From Narcine bancroftii (Eukaryota), in assembly GCF_036971445.1 (NCBI RefSeq), contig NC_091470.1, forward strand, positions 354,206,001 through 354,270,000: a stretch of 64,000 nt of DNA, in the 5' to 3' direction. Shown piece by piece: positions 63,251 to 64,000 of this stretch. A model generated the notes under the pieces. It had not been told where the DNA came from. It did no database searches and worked only from the letters and a program-made list of their open reading frames with translations. Position numbers and translations under genes: made by a program. The stretch's first letter is position 1. Each line of letters begins with the position of its first letter.

Positions 63251-63637
63251 GGCCCATCGAGATCATCTGGGAATGATCCGCGCTTCCACATGATCCCCCA
63301 CCCCCACCACTGAGGGAATTTTACCAGTTCACCAAGTTCTGCTAGGTGGTTAAGTGCAACTCTTGTGCAGAAGGTCAGATCCAAACCAGACATGGTTGTT
63401 GCAAAGCTGTCAAGAGTGGTTGGGCAAATCAATGGTGATTTCGCCTCCATCACTTCCAACTCACCTACAATAAACCCAGAGGATTTTTCTTTGTCATCAA
63501 ATTTACAACTTTGTTTTACACGTCTTCGATACGTTGCTGCGAACCACCTTGAAAAGACCCATGGAACGCTGGCTGAGAAATACAGTGGCTGAAGAAGTTT
63601 CCAGAAGCTGGTATTCAAGCATATCAGCTCCTGGCTG

Positions 63638-63979
63638 AAGCTGCTTTAAGGTGGCCAGAATACCCAACTGTAAAGCCGCCTATTCTACCCCAATGCGGCG
63701 GTCGGGTGGCTACCTGAAAGTGGAGAACCCGGCCAGGAGGAGCACTTACCTAACCCTCCTCCTGTAGGTATATTCTCCAGCTCGGAGAATCCCCCGTTGC
63801 ACCTGAAAGCAGCAGTGGGACTACGGCCACAGTCCTCAGGAGCCGGCGTTCGCTCAGACGCAGCTCTCCTTCGGCCGGCACGTTCAGGTGGCAGAAAGGC
63901 GTCTTCTCCGCGGCCACCTGAACGTCCCAGCTGCGTCTGCCGGTGCATTATCTGCATCCGAACACCTGAAAGCGGCTTG
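63638..63979. mobile_element. Harbinger-like MITE upstream of LAMA1
   Basis: Imperfect TIRs aagctgctttaaggtg...cacctgaaagcggctt; same motif family as 13238-13621. Confidence 0.6.
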
Positions 63980-64000
63980 AGTGGCATTATTGATCTGTTT

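Noticed and set aside
62773-63618. 281-aa minus-strand ORF upstream of LAMA1
   Set aside because: No recognisable domain, non-ATG start, runs through the GC-rich promoter and homopolymer runs.

Overview
Eukaryotic (vertebrate) genomic DNA. The repeat content suggests a cartilaginous fish, probably a ray (inference from V-SINE-like, CR1, Rex1 and Penelope-derived repeats). The window holds the 5' end of a laminin alpha-1 (LAMA1-like) gene on the minus strand: coding exon 1 at 62710-62770 (signal peptide) in a CpG-rich promoter region, a 60.9-kb intron 1, and exon 2 at 1681-1851. Intron 1 is a dense mosaic of decayed transposable elements: CR1, Rex1/Babar, RTE, L1, L2, Penelope, Gypsy and solo LTRs, hAT, Tigger/pogo, Chapaev3-like and Harbinger-like MITEs, and SINEs. 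Almost all other ORFs in the track are TE fragments or chance. The most interesting signal is two different Gypsy elements that lack a tRNA primer-binding site and instead have a sequence just after the 5' LTR that is complementary to the LTR poly(A)-signal region, suggesting self-priming or poly(A) occlusion. Other notable features are a textbook twin-primed inverted L1 with a 14-bp TSD, a three-level nested TE stack, a 14x32-bp array grown from a Tigger-like terminus, and fossil Penelope hammerhead-like motifs. TE family calls come from recalled motifs, not database searches. TE boundaries without TSD/TIR support are approximate.
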